Source: Podospora anserina (taxonomy: Eukaryota). From it: a stretch of DNA of 64,000 nucleotides. Where the stretch lies: positions 4,402,001 through 4,466,000 of the forward strand of contig CM030332.1 in the NCBI GenBank assembly GCA_017654855.1. Reading direction: 5' to 3'. A model generated the notes under the pieces. That model was not told where the DNA came from, did not search any database, and was given only the letters and a program-made list of their open reading frames with translations. Position 1 is the first letter of the stretch; each line of letters starts with the position of its first letter. The position numbers and the translations under genes are program-made. This document shows positions 36,381 to 50,686 of the stretch, in pieces.

Positions 36381-39300
36381 GGTGGTGATCCTGTGACAGA
36401 AACAAGATAGGACAAGGCAAAGAAGACACAGGCGACACAAGCACAAGGCCCGAAAGATAGTTGGGGGGATGTGGGGGACAGTCACCTAGCAAAAAGCTCG
36501 GTGAATTCGGCCGTATATCTCCGGGGGTGGCTATGAGCAACAGGGTGGCCAACCCGGCCACGTCTAGCTGGCTGAATCAAGCTGAAGACTCCCGGTTTGG
36601 TGACACACACCCGAGTCGGGTGCGTCAGTAGACGGTCCGAGATGCCAGAGCAGATGCGAGAGAGGGCGACAACGGATGAGGGACCAGGCCTGACAGCTTG
36701 GAGAGAACAGAGGGCGCAGCCGGCTGGGACTGGACCGAAAGGAGGAGGAGAGCTGGGACCCCGGTTCGGGTACGAGTTGATGCGTGCCAGGTAGACACGG
36801 ACAGGCAGAGAGGCCTAGGTGGGCGGGGGAGTCAATACTTGGAGATGTGAATTTCGTCCGCTGTCCAGCCTCGGCCTGCCAAAGGGAAAGGCAGGGTAGA
36901 GCGCAGCCGCGTGTGCCTTGGGTTGGGGGAGGGTACCACCTGACTCCGGGTGTAGGCTAATATGAAGAGAATATGCACAGATGCAGCCGCGGCGGGGGAA
37001 ACTGTGACGAGACAAGGGCCGCCAGAACAGGTTGCAAATATTGTGTACAGCAAGGTACTACGGTGGTTGTAGCTGGCGTAGAAGTCTCGTAGGTGAAAAA
37101 AGAGGAAGACGGAAAACTCACTCGTCACGCGGTGCAAAGAGGCGCGAAAGAAGAGCAAGGGAAAAGTCAGGGAGGCGACATGGAGGATGGGAAGCGCCTT
37201 CATGTTAGGCACTTGGCACATACTGCTTCACCTTATAATAGAATACATTGACAAGCAGCAAGGCCCGCAGTCCCGCGGTCCCGCAAAATCGAGGCTCCCA
37301 AGGCAAACCCCGCGAGTGAGGACGAAGATCGCCCATTACCTCCCCCACAGGTCCGGGACCCCGGGGCCATTGATTCTAGATTTGGGAAAACCCCATCCAC
37401 GTCGCGAGTGGGCTGGTCCAGAAGAAAGCGTGCTTTGGCATGGCTAGAGAGACCACAGTGCATGAACTAATCCGCGCGTTGAGAAGGCATTGGCTTGGCC
37501 AACCGAACAAAGAGCCCCTACATTGCTTGCGGACGTCTATCGTCCCCATCGCTGGGTTGCTACATCAAGCCATCATGTTGCTATGCCTTGGGGAAGGATA
37601 TCTTGTTCCCGAGCACCATAACCACCAGAATCAAACAAAGGTCCATCATCGAAAGTTGAACTGAAAGAGACGACAACTCTGGCGCTTTCAATCTACATAC
37701 ATACCTACCTTTTCTCGCGAGAGGCAGAAAATCAGCGAGGGGCACGGGTACCATCTTGTTTCCATAAATAGCCCCATGTCACTTGGCATTGAGTGACACC
37801 CTTTCCCAATCGGGACGCGAGTCTGGGAGGGTTGGGGGGGGCGATTTTCTGGAACTTTGCGGAATTTCAATGGCGGTTGGTAGTTGCGTTTCGGTAGGAG
37901 AACACTGGAAAAGTAAGATAATCACACGCAGATCAGGGTCAGGTCGATGACGACAATAAAACACCACTGCTACCTCCATGTGAAGACCGGAAACACAAGC
38001 CCCTTCATCGCCATGCATGTTGCTCCTGTAGCTGGTAGGAGCTTTGATCTGAAGATAAAACTGATCTCCCATGCGGCACATGATGGCCAAGCAGGTGAGC
38101 AAGTAGAACATCCATGTCGTTGGTGTCCAAAAGCCTTGCCACATGGCGGGGGCTCCCGTGATGCAGTGCGACGACCGTGATGATTCGCTCGAGCTTTTTT
38201 CGATGTACTGCGGAAGCCGGCGGTGGTTACCCAGACACGCAAAAGACGGGCCAAATGATGGCTCCGGACCGAGGCCGATTCCAATGTCGGAACCATTCTT
38301 GGCACGACACGGAGGGGCCGGAACATGACCGCGAAGCCGGCACAAGACTCCACTTAAAACCCCCAGACTACCGCCCATATGGATAGCCCCTCCGGTGCAA
38401 AGGCTTATGTGTCCGGAGCCAAAGTCGAGAGCGGCTCAAGGAAAGGGAGGTAAAGCGTGCGGCTCGGCGACGTGATCCGGTCGAAATGTGGTACCCTTCC
38501 TCCATGGTTGAACGCAATGGAATGACAGGGCCGAGATACTGCCGTTGAACACGATAGACGAAGCAAGCGAAGCTTGGAAGCGAGATGGTAGTTGTGAGGG
38601 CGACTGCTGGGTAACTCCTCGTTACATTGAGCATCGACCGTGAGCAGGACAAGAGTAGTGCGGTCAGGTTGGGCGGAGACGATGGCGGCTTTTTGAACAA
38701 CGTGGAAAGCCCACCTCGGCCGGAAGCTTTGACTTTTCGGACACGGGCATGTTTGATAGAAGGTCGGCAGACGCCCGACAACCGCCGGAAGGAAAGGGGC
38801 ATATGGCGGTTTTGAGCGGCATCCATAGGCTCTCTGGATAAAGGGGCCCGCGGCCATATACCCCCACAACGTTTCTTTTACAAGGGCCGAGATCCGGCCC
38901 CGAGAGGACGACATCGAGAAAATGACCGGAGTAGGGCCGTGGCAATTCAGCTAATCGCTAGCATTGCCCAACTTGGTGCCGCGTATCGCTCAGTGTATCA
39001 GACTCGCTATGAATCCTGGCTTTGTTCAGTAGATGTATAGGAGATCAACCGTTATCGCACGGTAATGGGCACGTCGATCTGTATACCTAGTTGATGGCGG
39101 CACGACTTCATCGCTTCCTCACCCACTATAGCCGGGATTCGTTTTAGATCAGTGTTGACCACAGGAGAGATGGCTGCCGAAGGGCGCGCAGGCGCCTCGA
39201 TTATTTCGACTCGGCTCTCACTTGTCCATCTGGGGAGTGCGTCCAATCCAGGTGCCCATGGCTCTTTATTGCACAGGATGAATGCAGCATGAACAGGGGG

Positions 39301-39904
39301 TCCAGTGGGAGTGTGTTGTGATAGGCAAATATTTATTTGAAGGACCGTTCTATGGTCACATTTGGGGAGAAACGGCGTTATGCAGTGGTGATATCGCTGC
39401 TCTGTTATAACTCGACTCTTTCGTCGTCGCCCGACCTGCTCGCCCAACTGCCGACGGTAATGTTCCACGGGTCCTTCACCCCCAACTTCAACAACACCCT
39501 CCGATTTCTTCGGGGCAATAGAGAGCACAGGGTACCTGTTCTGGCCGAATCTGCTGGGCATGAAACCTGCCCCAGCAGCGATCGACAGGTCGCCAACCAA
39601 GAGGAATTCTATCTGGAATGTGTACTGCAGAAGCGAACAAAGAATAAAATCCAGAGACAAAATGGCGAGGAAAGGAAGTAACAAGCGAGAGATCTACACA
39701 CGTTCGAGTCTCAGCGCCTCGTTGTACGTATGTCCCACTTGTGGTGCCGGCCCCAGCCAGGCATGCCTGTGTGACCTCATCAGCATGTAAACTCGGCAAC
39801 CTAGGTAGACAGACATAGAAAGGATTTGGGGTTATGTAGGGGGGAGCGGGTGGATTGTCTAGTCATGGCTGGCTGGCGGCGGCGGTAGTAGTGGTGGTGT
39901 CGTT

Positions 39905-39985
39905 GCTGTTGATCATGACGCTGATGCCGCTGATGATTCCGATGATGCTGGTGATGATGCTGGTGATGCTGGTGATGGACGCGGA
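39905..39985. repeat. Degenerate (GAT/GCT/GGT)n trinucleotide-like low-complexity tract
   Basis: gatgatgctggtgatgatgctggtgatgctggtgatg in the intergenic region. Confidence 0.6.
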
Positions 39986-40643
39986 TGAAATGGTCAGAAA
40001 TGGGTTACTCCGTACTGGTCGATGTTCCCCCGGTTCCCCCATGGAAATTCCAGACGTCCCCATGTTCGGTGCTTCTTTGGATCCGTGATTGGCCCCGGCT
40101 AAATTACGACGTGCCCGCCCACATGCACAGCGATGCGGCCAAGGCTCCCCCATGTTGCGCTACCGGACCGTGAGCGTGGGTTGCTAAGCCGGGGGAGAGC
40201 TCTGCTAGTGCAACCGCCGCAGCAGCACCGCAGAGACATCCCGAGCAAATCGCCGGCTATCTAGCTCCCATTCCAAAACGGTTACGCTGACACGGGTGCA
40301 GACCAGACACTAGGAACCAGGCCCTGAACAGGCCCGATTGGGACACACCCTCAATGAAACGTGAGCACTTCTCTGGGCGCAGTGCAGCGATAGCAAGGTA
40401 CCAGACATCCTCCGCCACGGTTCCGCACCGAAGAGGTATCGAGCTAGTCGGTTTGCTGGTGCAGACCCGCTGGGGTAAACGGTTCGCACTTGGGTCTGTG
40501 GAGGGGAGGGGGGCGTGGCACATCAACGAGCCATCAAAGGCTTTCGAATCTGGCCCGACTCCAGCAACTCTCCACTATTACGCCGGCCAAACCGCCGTGT
40601 GGGCCATCGCCAACCCCAAACCTTCGTCCCATCCCTACAACCG

Positions 40644-40666
40644 CACACACACACACACAAACACAC
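40644..40666. repeat. (CA)n microsatellite
   Basis: cacacacacacacacaaacacac. Confidence 0.8.
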
Positions 40667-41422
40667 TCTCCCGACCCTCGACCGCCCACTCCCCGCCCTT
40701 CTCCCCGCGAATCCCAGTGACCACCGGCCATACCCATACCGCAACGGCCACCTGTAATTCCATCCGTCTCGGTGCTTTCTGTGTCGCTGTTCTTTGATCA
40801 TCCATTTCGGCGCGTGTTCGGGCACACGTCTGTCAGTTGTCTGCTGTCTGTCTCTTCGCCTCTTTCGCCCTTTCACCCTTTCACCCTCTTCCCCTCCACC
40901 CTTCCAAAACAGGCGTCAACCCCAGCTCCGTCGAACCCGCCAACCCCCCTCCCGTCCCGTCTTCTCCTGCCAGCCTCTTTCCTGCATTTTGTCGTCTGTC
41001 GCCGTCAACCTCCTGGTATTCTGGACCGTCGACTTGTTGCGCGCATCGCACGTAGCCTCCGATTGATCCAACTCGATCTCGCCCGTATTCATTCGTTACC
41101 ATCTGGACGCTGGTGCTAGGAGGGTGAGCCCGGCAGTAATATCTCGCGAAAACCGACGACGCTCTGCACCAACAGACGAATCTCGACGCCAATTGACCCG
41201 CCGACCGTCGCTCGATACACTCCTCAACGCTTGCTCACTGGCTGTGGAATTGGAGGGTTCTCTTGTGCCTGATCTGTCGACGTTCCTTTCTCGCGAGGCC
41301 GATGTCCCATCATGGTTAAATTGCGATTGGTTTGTGTTGCCGCCATCATCAACACACCGTCCATCTCCTCTTCACCTGCGCAATAAGACCTAGGTGGTCG
41401 TTGTCGACCAAGAATCGGAGCC

Positions 41423-43047
41423 ATGGATCCATTACATATCACCGAGTTCGGTTCGGAGCGCTATCTCGAGAAGGTCCAACAGTCTCAGGCCCAGACACAG
41501 GCAAATGCTTCCAAAGGGCAGGGGGCAGTCTCGACGCTCCTCCAGTCCCCCTTTATTCTCCCTATTCGCGAGTCCGGCGCCACGGGCTCAGATGTCGGGG
41601 CCAAGTCGAACGAGCAAAAGCGTCCGGAAAAGAAGGGATTCAGCTCCTGGAGGAACAGATTTACCAAGCCCCCAGCAGTCCCATCTTCGAGTATCTGTGA
41701 ACAGCCCGAACGTCGTCCCTCGTTGCCAGAATCGACAACCAAACAGCCGTAAGTATTGATTTGCATCTTTGCGGAAGCCTATCCAAGTGCTAACCCCTCG
41801 TCAGGCTGCCTTTCGACCATCTGTTTGCCGCGCTGCCGAACGAACTGCAGGTCGAGATCATCGCATCACTTCCGCTCTCTGATGTCTTGAACCTTCGACT
41901 GGCTTCGAAATCCCTTCACGCTCTGGTATCGCTGAACGAAGTCCCCATCACACGCTACCACCTTGACCACCACATACCCGCGTACGCCAAACGGCTCTAC
42001 CCTTTGCCCCAGGGGCGTTCGCTCAACTTTCACTATCTGTGCGGAATTTGGCATCGGCTACACGTTGCCGCCAAGCTGTCTCACCTAATGTGCCAGTTGA
42101 TAATCAGAGAACAGTTGCTCCTCAACACTGAAGAAAAGAGGAGGCAGTACGCCCCTCAAACAGAGCGGATGCGCCGCCGTCTGATTCCCATTTTGTTTAC
42201 CGTGTTCCATTTCTTCGAAACGTACCGGAAGCTTCACCTCAAATACATGGCCGAACACGACGGCTTCGGCCTATCAAAGACGCCTTATACGGTCAATCCA
42301 ATCGAGGCCGAGATCATGAACATGTACGACGACCGCACACTTCTGCGCGTTCATGAGGCCTTTCCCCTGGTAATATGGGCCTTTTGCAGAAGGCTCCGAC
42401 CACCATCCTATGTCGGCCGCGTCGAGCGATCGCTGAGGGGTTACCTTAAAGAGAGACCACCTGACGAGGTCCATGTTGCAGTGTTGTGCCTCGGTGGCAT
42501 GCGGGAAGTCTTGAGGCTCTGGGAGGTGAAGGGTTACAATGCACGGCGGGCGGCCGTCGATGCTTGGTATGAGTCGATTCTCCATGAACAACCGGTGGAG
42601 CCGGAGCCGAAAAGAAGACGAGGGATGCTGGGCCTCAAGAGGAAGAAGTCTTCTTTCAACATGGGCAAGACGAATGGTCATGGGCACGAGGCACAGCACG
42701 GCGCAAACGACGTGAGCGCAGCACGCGGGAAACAGCCAGACAGCCTCGTTTTTCACACCAGCTTAGCGGCTGGTATGCCCATGGCCGCCCTGAGCAAGGA
42801 CGAATCCAAACTGTTGTACCCTGATCTTCCGGTGCTGCAACGAATATGGCTGGTCACAGCCGAGGCCATGATCTTGGATCGCAAAATTGTCGAACGACCG
42901 GCACATATACATCGCAACGCCCAAGTATTTACCGATTTGATTTCCGAAAGCGGCATCGATGAAGAAGACCAGTGGCTCTATGGTACCACCGCACCGGAGT
43001 CTGTCAGGCCGAACCTGGACGCTATTGAAGAAGACCCAGATGAATAA
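41423..43047 (+). CDS. F-box domain protein
   Basis: Exon 1 starts at 41423 (MDPLHITEFGSERYLEK), then an intron GTAAGT...GCTAAC...CAG at about 41749-41804. Exon 2 carries F-box LPNELQVEIIASLPLSDVLNLRLASK and NLS-like KRRRGMLGLKRKK. Confidence 0.85.
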
Positions 43048-44027
43048 CCGGAAAGGAGCCCGGTGAATTTTTATCACACGGCCTCTGTTTAGCCAGCAAC
43101 AAGGACGATCTGCTGACGTCCGCTCACTACATCACCGCCAAAACGCCCTCTTACGTCATTATTTTCGGCCCCATGAAGAGACGGCGGCTGTAAAACATCG
43201 ATACCAAGACATTTCTACAAAGACACAATTTTCATTTGTCCGTTATGGGGTTATAAAAGCATTTACGGGCGTTTCAAGTTTCCTTTTTCAAGCTGCTGCT
43301 TCTTGTTCCGGAAAGCCGATAAGCTCGGCGGGGAACTCGGGCGAAGAGGGTCGGCATTGCGAGACAATATGGTGTACGGGATCTGTTGTTAAATCTTGGA
43401 AATGGTCCACGGGCCGCTTGGGGTTTCGAGCCCGGGGGGGGTTGTTTGTCGTATTTGGGTCTTTTTTTTTGAGGCATAAGGGGGCACACGGTGTGCCTTT
43501 TCACCTTACGGGTCATAGACCGCTCTTCTTTTTGTCACCTCTTGCTCTTGGTGTCGTTTCATCTTCTTTTCTTAAACTGCATACATACCCAGGAGTCATC
43601 TCACAGAGACACGGGCGCTTGCTGTACCATCGGTCTCGCTTGAGCTGCCTTGGCTCGAGTCAACTGAATGCCAGTTAGGTGGTGGACTTCATAGACACGG
43701 GAAAGACGCCTCCGCCCCTCCATCACATTACATGGCCTCTAATTAAAGTACATTATTCATACATTTGCTGCTTTGGGGGAAAACTTTCCCACGTGCCCCA
43801 TATCAAATCAGAAAAATTCGTGTCTGAGGAGATGCGTAGTCAAGATGCACGATCAAGCTTGTCTCTCCATCGCCGTACCAGATATTGCAATGTTGGCCCC
43901 ATATAATCCAATCCTACCTGAAAACGATATTATATCACCAGCCAATGTCAACATGTCAGTTCCCAAAGGCTATTCTTCATGACTTGTGTATTCATGTATT
44001 CATGGACCAACCCTGACCCCATCTCAT

Positions 44028-44755
44028 TCAACGACGACCGACTCCGTGATAACGTTCATTATAGGGGAGTCCTGACGTGTCATAAGTACCTAGGCCTGCC
44101 GCACCAAACGTGGAACTGTTTCCCGAGGTGCGGGCATTGGTCGTGTTGATGCCATAGGTGTTCGTTAGCCCCAGACTTGATGGCTGCCCGGATGCATCGA
44201 TATGGCCTGTGTCAAATAACTCCCAGCTACCACCCGTATTTCCCGAAAATGCCTGCATTGAACCAGACATGCCTTGCACGCCCTGGTTGGTAGCGTGACT
44301 GGCGCTGCCGCCTCGCTGTTGGGCTGCGCCGGAGCCAGTGTTGAACGACGGAGAGTGGTGTGGCAATCCATGTGCGCCACTGCTGCGAAACGATGCGGCA
44401 GTCGAGGGTGTTGTGGACTGGCTGTGTTGCCCATAAGTAGAGGTACCCAGCGAGGTTGACGATGCCCGGTACGTGCCGTCGGTCGTGGCTGTATAATTGT
44501 TTGTCGCCGAACCGGCAAATTGCGAGGGCGGTTGGGTATTGTTGTACGAATTCGTGCTTCCTGCAGTTGTTGTTAGATGTTGCTGCTGGTATCTTTGCTG
44601 AGATGAGAGCTGCTGCTGCTGCTGCTGCTGCTTGTTTGTGTATGATGATTGATTCGAGGGATGCTGCTGCTGAGTCGAATTCACAGAATATTGCTGGGCT
44701 GGCGAGCCCTGCACAATTTGGCCTTGGAGTTTCTGCTGTCCCAAAAAATGGGATG

Positions 44756-44806
<51 letters not shown>

Positions 44807-47468
44807 GCTGGTGGTGTTGTTGGTGTCGTGATGAAGACAGAGATTGAGAGGATGACTGGCTTTGTTTGGAATGCTGCGACTGATTATATTGAGAATTCGG
44901 TGGAAGATACTGCGGATATTGGCCTTGACCGGTCGTTCGCGTTTGTGATTGTGTGGCTAAGGATAGTCCCGCTTGTGGATTTGATACTTGCGGCTGGGTG
45001 TTTGGTGACCTACGTTGCGGCGTTGATGCTGACGTCGACTGCTGCTGCTGCTGCTGCTGTCGTGGTTGCCGGGCTGACCTGTACTGAGGGTCGACACGGG
45101 TTTGATGGGAAACCGTTTGAGACTCCATCTCCGCTTGCTGCTCTATTTGGGCTTGCAATTGAGCCTCATAGTTCTCCATGGTGGGTGATTGGACCTCGTA
45201 GTGGTTTTGATGAGGCGAATGTACCGGTGGTACAGATGTCTCATTCGTGTCCGAGGCCATATCACGAGACTCCGTCATTGTGGTCAGGCTCAAAGCCGCG
45301 GCTGCACTAGAAGAGAGGGCCGAATGTGGTCCCGAATCCGAGCGCAAACCGACCATGGCACCAGTGGTTGACACTTCGATATTTGCAGCTGCTGGATCCT
45401 GGTTAGCTACCGCGGTGGTTTCCTTAGGGCCTTTGCCCCTCCTTGACCTTTTGGCCACAGGAGGCTGGAGTGCCGAGGCGGCTGTAGAATGCGCGGAGCC
45501 AACGTTTGCTGGTGGTGTTGGTAATGCTGGGCCATTCATTTGGGGTGATGCTTGGTTGGATACACCAGACTGCACAACGTGGTTGCCACCGCCTGTTTTG
45601 GCAGTCCTCTTGCGTTTTTGCCCCAAACTACCGGGTGCGGTGTTAGGGAGCGCGGGGCTAGCAGAGGGAGGAGTTGGGAGAGCCAGAGTTTGGCCCTGGG
45701 GGTTTTCCGTCTGCCTGGATGTCTGAGAAGGTCTTGGTCGAGAGCGATGGGAAGAGGTGCTGGACAGGCCGTCTGGGGGGGCCGAATACACAAAATCTGT
45801 TGTCGCGAAACTTCCAAGTGTTTTATCTAGGCCTTGTGATAATGTCGCGGGCTCTTTGTTTATTGATTCTGTCCTGGGGCCTGACGTTGATGCATTTCCT
45901 GTCTGCGCCAGATTCTTCTGCGTGGTGCCTGTCACTGTGTCCATTGCCGCCCCGGGTAACGCCCCTCCTGGCGCTGTTTCTGGTTCTACTCTCGTCGCAA
46001 CCCCTGATGCGGCCCCTGAGGCCGACAGTGTCGCCGCTCTCGCTCCATGATCTGTGGTGATACCCGGAGGGATATGAGAACGCTGACTTGTTGGGCGTTG
46101 CTTATCTTCTAGAGCCTTTGATCTGCCCACCTTTTTGGTGGCCGTCGATGGGGTTCCGGCATTCACCGGGGTGAATGGTTGGCTTGATGTAGAATGTTCG
46201 AACACTCGAGGAGTTGAAGAGGCTTGGGCTGGCTGCGAGGCCTGTGGACGTGGCGATGATGCCCGTGCTGCCGTACCTACCGCATCTGGCCGCTGAGAAT
46301 ACAAAGGGTCGCCAGTCTGCGCTCTTGCAGGTGTGTCTGATGATCCATCCTTGGGCCGGTTTTTGGAGCCCTTGGGCCGACCCCTTTTCCTTGCGCTAGG
46401 TGTGAGATCAATTGTACTGGTGCTTGTGGTCGGGGCGGTGGGTAAAGTTGTTCGTACTGGAGTACTGGCCGCGAGCAAAGGCCGCTCATGGGCCACACCA
46501 GACTGCTGTAACTGTGGCACTGGTTGCGGCGTTGAGCTCTGCGCAAGAAGCATTACATTCGCATCCACCTCGTCCACAGCATCATCCTCGACATCAACCC
46601 AGCTTTCATCGGCCGCGTTTGTGTGTTGCTGGCTTTCGGCAGTGCCGGAGACAGCCTTCATAAGGGGCCCCTTTTTGATTCCTTTATCGATCCGAGGCCT
46701 GGTGCCCTTGCTGCCCTTGGGCCGTCCACGCTTTCGTCTTGTTGAAACAAGGGGAGGAGGGTCAGACTCGCGTATAGCAGGAATGACAGGCTGTTGTCCT
46801 GCAGTGTTGCCCCCTAACCTGGGGAATATTTCAGCTATCCATCCTACAAAGAGGCTGCCAGATCCATTCGACTCTGCGCTCTGCGGGAATCCATCCCCAG
46901 GGGGTGGTCCCCCTGGTATGCCCCCGAAAAAAGCTAGGGCTTTGCAGATTTGGTCAACCACAAGGACAGGGTGAAGGCTCCGCAGTAACGTCAACAACCG
47001 GGCCTGTTCTGCCTTGGTTTCTTCGGGGGTCAGCGGGGTCTGGCGCGTCCGATGCGCGGCTGCAGTTACTGATGCTTGCGGCGGAACGATAGGCTTAGCC
47101 GCCGGTTCTGGTTCGTCGGGGATGTGTATAAACCGGCTCCTTCGTAACGACACATAGCCATTCTCATAAGCCCGCTTCGCAGCAAGCTCTGTGCTCTCGC
47201 TGGTTCTTTTTGCCTCAGCGTCACGTTCCGTGGCCTCCGTCCTGCCCGCCACATCTATATGCATCACGCTGAAATTTCCCTTGGAGCCATCTGTCTTGCC
47301 CTTCAACTTGCTGGGAACGGGATTTCGAATGCGGCCGTCTCGGTGGGGGCCACTTGACGCGTCGGGGACATTGGAATCGCTTGTCGCTAAAACACCGAAA
47401 CTGGCTGTAGTTGTAGGCGCTGTTGGAACTGCTGGCGCCGATTTTTCCATTGGCGCACGACTCGACAT
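44028..47468 (-). CDS. AT-hook-containing, Gln-rich putative chromatin/transcription regulator (1146 aa)
   Basis: Single long ORF. Two AT-hooks (RKRGRPKGSKG, RKRGRPKGSKNRPK), one short helical segment (EETKAEQARLLTLLRSL...FFGG) and polyQ tracts. Confidence 0.8.
44757..44807. repeat. (TTG)17 = (CAA)17 coding microsatellite (polyQ)
   Basis: Perfect 17-unit trinucleotide repeat inside the AT-hook ORF. Confidence 0.95.
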
Positions 47469-49063
47469 GGAACCTGGTTTAGGCAGGGGAACGGGAGTGA
47501 CTTTGGATGTGGTAGCCGTGCGTGAAGAGAGTGTTGCGCCTGCGCGTGAAAGTTAGCAGCACATTTGGTCCCCCTCATCATTATCATGCCCACCTGAAGG
47601 GGGAGCCATTGGAAGGTGTGGCTATGAAGAGCGTCGCACGATGCAAAACTCAGCGGTGGCATAAATGCTGAAGCGGCTCCAGTGATATGATTGATCTAAT
47701 GGGGCGTCAAGTCACAACCTCGGCGCCCAAACTGCATTTTCGAAGTGAATCTGGGTTGAATATGTTTTGACGGAGGTGCTGGTGAGAAAGCGATAACAGA
47801 GGCGCGCCGAATCGATGGAGAAGAGTTCAGCGACTCCACAAGATGCCAGGGAGCAGGGAGCGCCAGGTTGGCAGCCAAAGTCAACAGGCCCGACTATGCG
47901 CGTTGACCAGCACGAGAGGGAGAGCAACGCAAGAACGTTGTTGCCGCCGTTCCACAGCTCTGGCTGGGTGAAGTATAAAGATTGTCAAAGTCGAAGTAGC
48001 TGCACTCGGTAAGCCCAATGACCTGAGGCGGTTGGTGATACAACTGTACACGCCAGGCCAATGTTGCTTGGAATCGAAAGTTGAGGGGCAATGGAGCGAT
48101 CACAGAGCGATGGCTGGGGCCTGAAAAGCGGTCCACGAATGTGTGATGCCAGACACAAACATGACGATGTCAGCGGCCCTGGAGAGACTGGGGATACTGG
48201 GTCGAGGCCGATAACTCGGTGTAGTTTCTCTGCGGAGCAGCTGAATGGCAAAGGTCCGTCGGTCGGTTGGAGTTGAGGTTGAACAGCGGAAACGCACCTC
48301 ACCTAATACGAAAGAAATGCAGACACATGAACAAGGACGAAAGCCCGCGCCTTGATTGGTAGCTCGCCGCCAATCATGCGCCAACAAGCCTCACCCACGC
48401 TACCTACAACTGCGCCCAGTGTGGCTGCTGTATGCGTAACAGCTGCTGTTCATTTCCCCAGCGTCGTGATGAATCTCCCGATGCTAACACTTGGCCTACT
48501 GGCCCAATAACAAGACATAAACAGGTCTAGCCTCATAGGAGAAGGAATCCAAGTTCGACGGATTGGGGCAGAACGGAAGGCTCCAACTGATACATTGGGC
48601 CTCCGGCACATCTTACACATATCGTCCCGACCCCCGACTGGGGTACGTACCGGGCCCATAGCTGCCAAATCAAATGCGACCGCCAGGGGCCCAGCTAAGC
48701 TGCTGGTGAGCTCCCCACTTCCAGGTGCTTGGTGTGTTCCAACATCATCAATTGATACCAACATCACCCTCATCGAGACCTCCCACCGCACCCCACGGCA
48801 TCCCGCAGAACGCCTTCAATATTAACCTCTCAAGCCTCTCTACTTTTCTGCCTCCTGTATCGGTTAAACAACCAGCCCTACTCAACCGCCCTTGTCCTCG
48901 CAACCGGTCGTCTCTATCGCACAGGCAACCACCCCTCCCCTTGAAGGGAAATCCCCCAGAGTCCAGAGTCCCGAGAGCAACACCTCGGCTTCTCGACACA
49001 CCTGTACCGCCTTGCAACGAACTCTAGGCCGACCCCAAGCATACCGGCATGCTGTAGCCCGCC

Positions 49064-50450
49064 ATGGCTCCGGCGCAATACATACTCGTTTCCCTGCCCC
49101 TCCGCGTCTTCGATGACGATCCGCTCAAGTCCTTGGCCGCCACCGTGGGTCGTGACAATGGCGAGGTGCTGCCCTACCCTGTCCCGTCGTTCAAGATTGG
49201 CACACTCGACGCCCTGGTGCAACATGCCGACGACCTAGCAAAGCTCAACGGCGCCTGCGAAGCTGCCGTCGCCAAGGTTGCCGATTCCCTCAGAGGCATT
49301 TTGGATGGTGATGAAGACCTAGTGGCTCAACAAAAGATAGTCAATGACAGTAAGCTTGTGTTGCGCTATTTGCCATCGTGCCAGAATGACTGCTGACAAG
49401 TATGACACAGAACCCACGGATCAGTACCTGCGCTCATTCCAATGGAACAAACTCCGCTACCGAGCTGATCGGCCTCTGGTTGAGCTCATCGAAAATCTCC
49501 AAAACGACTTGCAAAACTCAGATAACGATGTCAAGGCCAAGTTCAACCAGTATAACACCGTCAAGACGAATCTCGCCGCCTTGGAGAGGAAACAAACGTA
49601 GGCTATCCCAGACTTTTGCGGCTGTGTAGCTTCTCTCATGTTCCGGGCTGACTATAATTCATCTAACCAGAGGAAACCTCGTCACCAAGTCGCTCACGCC
49701 CATCGTGGACCCAAAGCTCCTTGTACAGGACTCGGAATACATGGAAACGCACCTCATTGTGGTGCCGACGAACGCACGGAAAGACTTCATCCGCAGCTAT
49801 GAGACACTTGCTCCCATGGTAGTGCCGCGGTCATCTATTCAGGTTGCTCAGGACGACGAATTCACGCTGTTTGCAGTCACAACGTTTAAGAAGACGAGCG
49901 CCGAGTTTCTTCAAAAGTGCAGGGAGCACAAATGGACCCCTCGCCAGTACAAGTATGTGGAGGGCGGCAAAGAAGAAGAGCAACGCGAGCTCCAACGCGT
50001 CGAGAAGGAGGCGAGAAAGGTGCGGGCCGAGGCCCTTTTGCTGGGTCGGACAGGTTGGGGTGAGAGTGTGATGATTTGGGCACATGTCATGACACTTCGC
50101 GTCTTTGTCGAGACAGTGCTCAGATACGGCTTACCCTTGGAGTTTGCGTCGGCACTTATCAGAGTAGGTTTTGAAACCCCCAGAAGACGGGCTTGGGAGA
50201 CAAGACAAAATACCTGAAGCGTTGGAGCTGACACTGCACGTAGACAACGCCAAAACAAGCCAAGAAGGTCAAAACAGCCTTGGACTCGGCATACTCGTAC
50301 CTTGGGGGCAATGCGTTTGGCCGGGACAAGCATGGGCGGGTCACCAAGGACGATGCATCTCTAACATCCGAAATGGCAGCGGCGGGCCTTAGTGTGGGCG
50401 AGGGCAACGAGTACACCGCATATGTGTATTATGAATTTGATCTCCCGTAA
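49064..50450 (+). CDS. VMA5: V-type ATPase V1 subunit C
   Basis: FKIGTLDALV, YLRSFQWNKLRYR, SEYMETHLIVVP, YETLAPMVVPRS, LRVFVETVLRYGLP and C-terminal EYTAYVYYEF. Three introns. Confidence 0.95.
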
Positions 50451-50686
50451 TCGGTTAGGGGTACCTTCGTGAAGGCATGGACGGGTGAATAGGGAGTGGC
50501 TGTATGGTTCGTCATTCGGGAGTCTCGGTGTCAAATGCCTCTTTAACTTTCCTCAGCCCTATTTTTTTTCTTTTTGTTCCCTTGAGATGGATGCCAGAAT
50601 TTGATGTAACTTGTAGTGGCTTTGCCATTCAGTCTCCGACACGTGCAGAATAGACGCTCAAAGCAGGGCCCAGGATCGCTCTTCAT

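Noticed and set aside
39855-40088. Met/Val-rich (+) and His/Gln-rich (-) translations of the GAT/GCT tract
   Set aside because: These are by-products of a low-complexity repeat. The His-rich frame has no convincing start and stops soon after.
44456-45310. 284-aa plus-strand ORF with poly-Val
   Set aside because: It is the antisense shadow of the polyQ-encoding gene.
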